Origin: Leptolyngbyaceae cyanobacterium | GTDB lineage: Bacteria; Cyanobacteriota; Cyanobacteriia; Phormidesmidales; Phormidesmidaceae | Assembly (NCBI GenBank): GCA_965263355.1 | Contig: CBDHHL010000056.1 | Coordinates: forward strand, 1,152,001 to 1,216,000 | Direction: 5' to 3' | DNA length: 64,000 nt | Part shown: positions 63,445-64,000 of the stretch, one piece after another | How the letters are laid out: the number at the start of each line of letters is the position of its first letter | Position numbering within the stretch: position 1 is the stretch's first letter | Program-made: the position numbers and the translations under genes | Notes under the pieces: generated by a model | What the model saw: only the letters and a program-made list of their open reading frames with translations | What the model was told of the DNA's origin: nothing | The model's database searches: none

Positions 63445-63485
63445 ATGACTTGCGTTTTGAAAGTGTCGGAGAACGATCTCAGTGG

Positions 63486-64000
63486 TTATTCTACGGATGA
63501 ATCAGGCAATGCTAGATATTGCACAGGGAATTTATCGGCAGCTAGTGTCTCGAATCCGCCGTCCACCAGCAGTTGTTGCCATGCCGCCTGCACTACTCTA
63601 GACACCGAGTCTGTGGCCATCGATTCGCCCAATACATTAATTGCGTCGTACCACAAACCATTATCTCTGTAAGCATTGCTGAGAACTGGCGGTGAATCTG
63701 TTTCGGGAATGGGTTGCGTTAGGTTTGCATCAGCAATTCGCGCCACCCAAGCATTGACACGATAAGCATTTGTTTGCCCGACATCAGCTCTACCACCACA
63801 ATAGAGCTTGAACGTCCATAAAAAGGGTTCATTGAGCGGCAAAGCAAACTCTGTAGATGGCAGGGGAATACCGACAAACCCCTTTTGGAGCGTTGGAGCC
63901 ACAAATTCCCATTTAATCTCACTGTTGGTAACGGATTCAGTTTGAAAGCTGCTGATTTTCAACTGTATGCCTACATCCATGTCAGCTGTAATATCAAAGG
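63486..64000 (-). CDS. DUF928 domain protein, C-terminal part (5' end outside window)
   Basis: LWTFKLYC, VNAWVARI and YRDNGLWYDAI...WQQLL motifs. Confidence 0.8.
   Translation of the reverse strand, partial: FDITADMDVGIQLKISSFQTESVTNSEIKWEFVAPTLQKGFVGIPLPSTEFALPLNEPFLWTFKLYCGGRADVGQTNAYRVNAWVARIADANLTQPIPETDSPPVLSNAYRDNGLWYDAINVLGESMATDSVSRVVQAAWQQLLVDGGFETLAADKFPVQYLALPDSSVE

Overview
Chromosomal window from a cyanobacterium: many HIP1 GCGATCGC octamers, cyanobacterial gene order, PTPA-CTERM and DUF928 genes. A filamentous Leptolyngbya-like organism is my inference. From left to right: the 3' end of an adenylate/guanylate cyclase; purC; the envelope cluster bamA-lpxC-fabZ-lpxA-lpxB with exbB/exbD; eno, gloA and clpB; a 1.4-kb intergenic region containing a MITE-like element, a degenerate tandem repeat and an uncalled 59-aa ORF; GIY-YIG, PTPA-CTERM and FHA genes; a parvulin/HlyB/HlyD type I secretion operon; rsmE and an arsR-family gene. 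Next comes a ~12-kb accessory cluster: TpsB, two uncalled small secreted peptides, a signal-peptide TPR-CHAT caspase-like protease, DUF928, a CHASE2 histidine kinase, a NarL-type regulator, an NTF2-like protein and TpsA. It is followed by a PemK/MazF toxin-antitoxin pair, gshB, an NMT1-type binding protein, a stand-alone proteasome-beta/HslV-like Ntn hydrolase next to an Lhr helicase, a CDP-sugar cluster with a decayed rfbC, asnS, a SAM hydrolase, a ferredoxin, rre1 and tRNA-Thr(UGU). After a likely integration junction lies a second module with a TpsA-CHAT fusion and DUF928. The best candidate for an undescribed system is the recurring Tps/CHAT/DUF928/CHASE2 extracytoplasmic protease-signalling module. 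All calls come from reading motifs by eye; no database searches were run.
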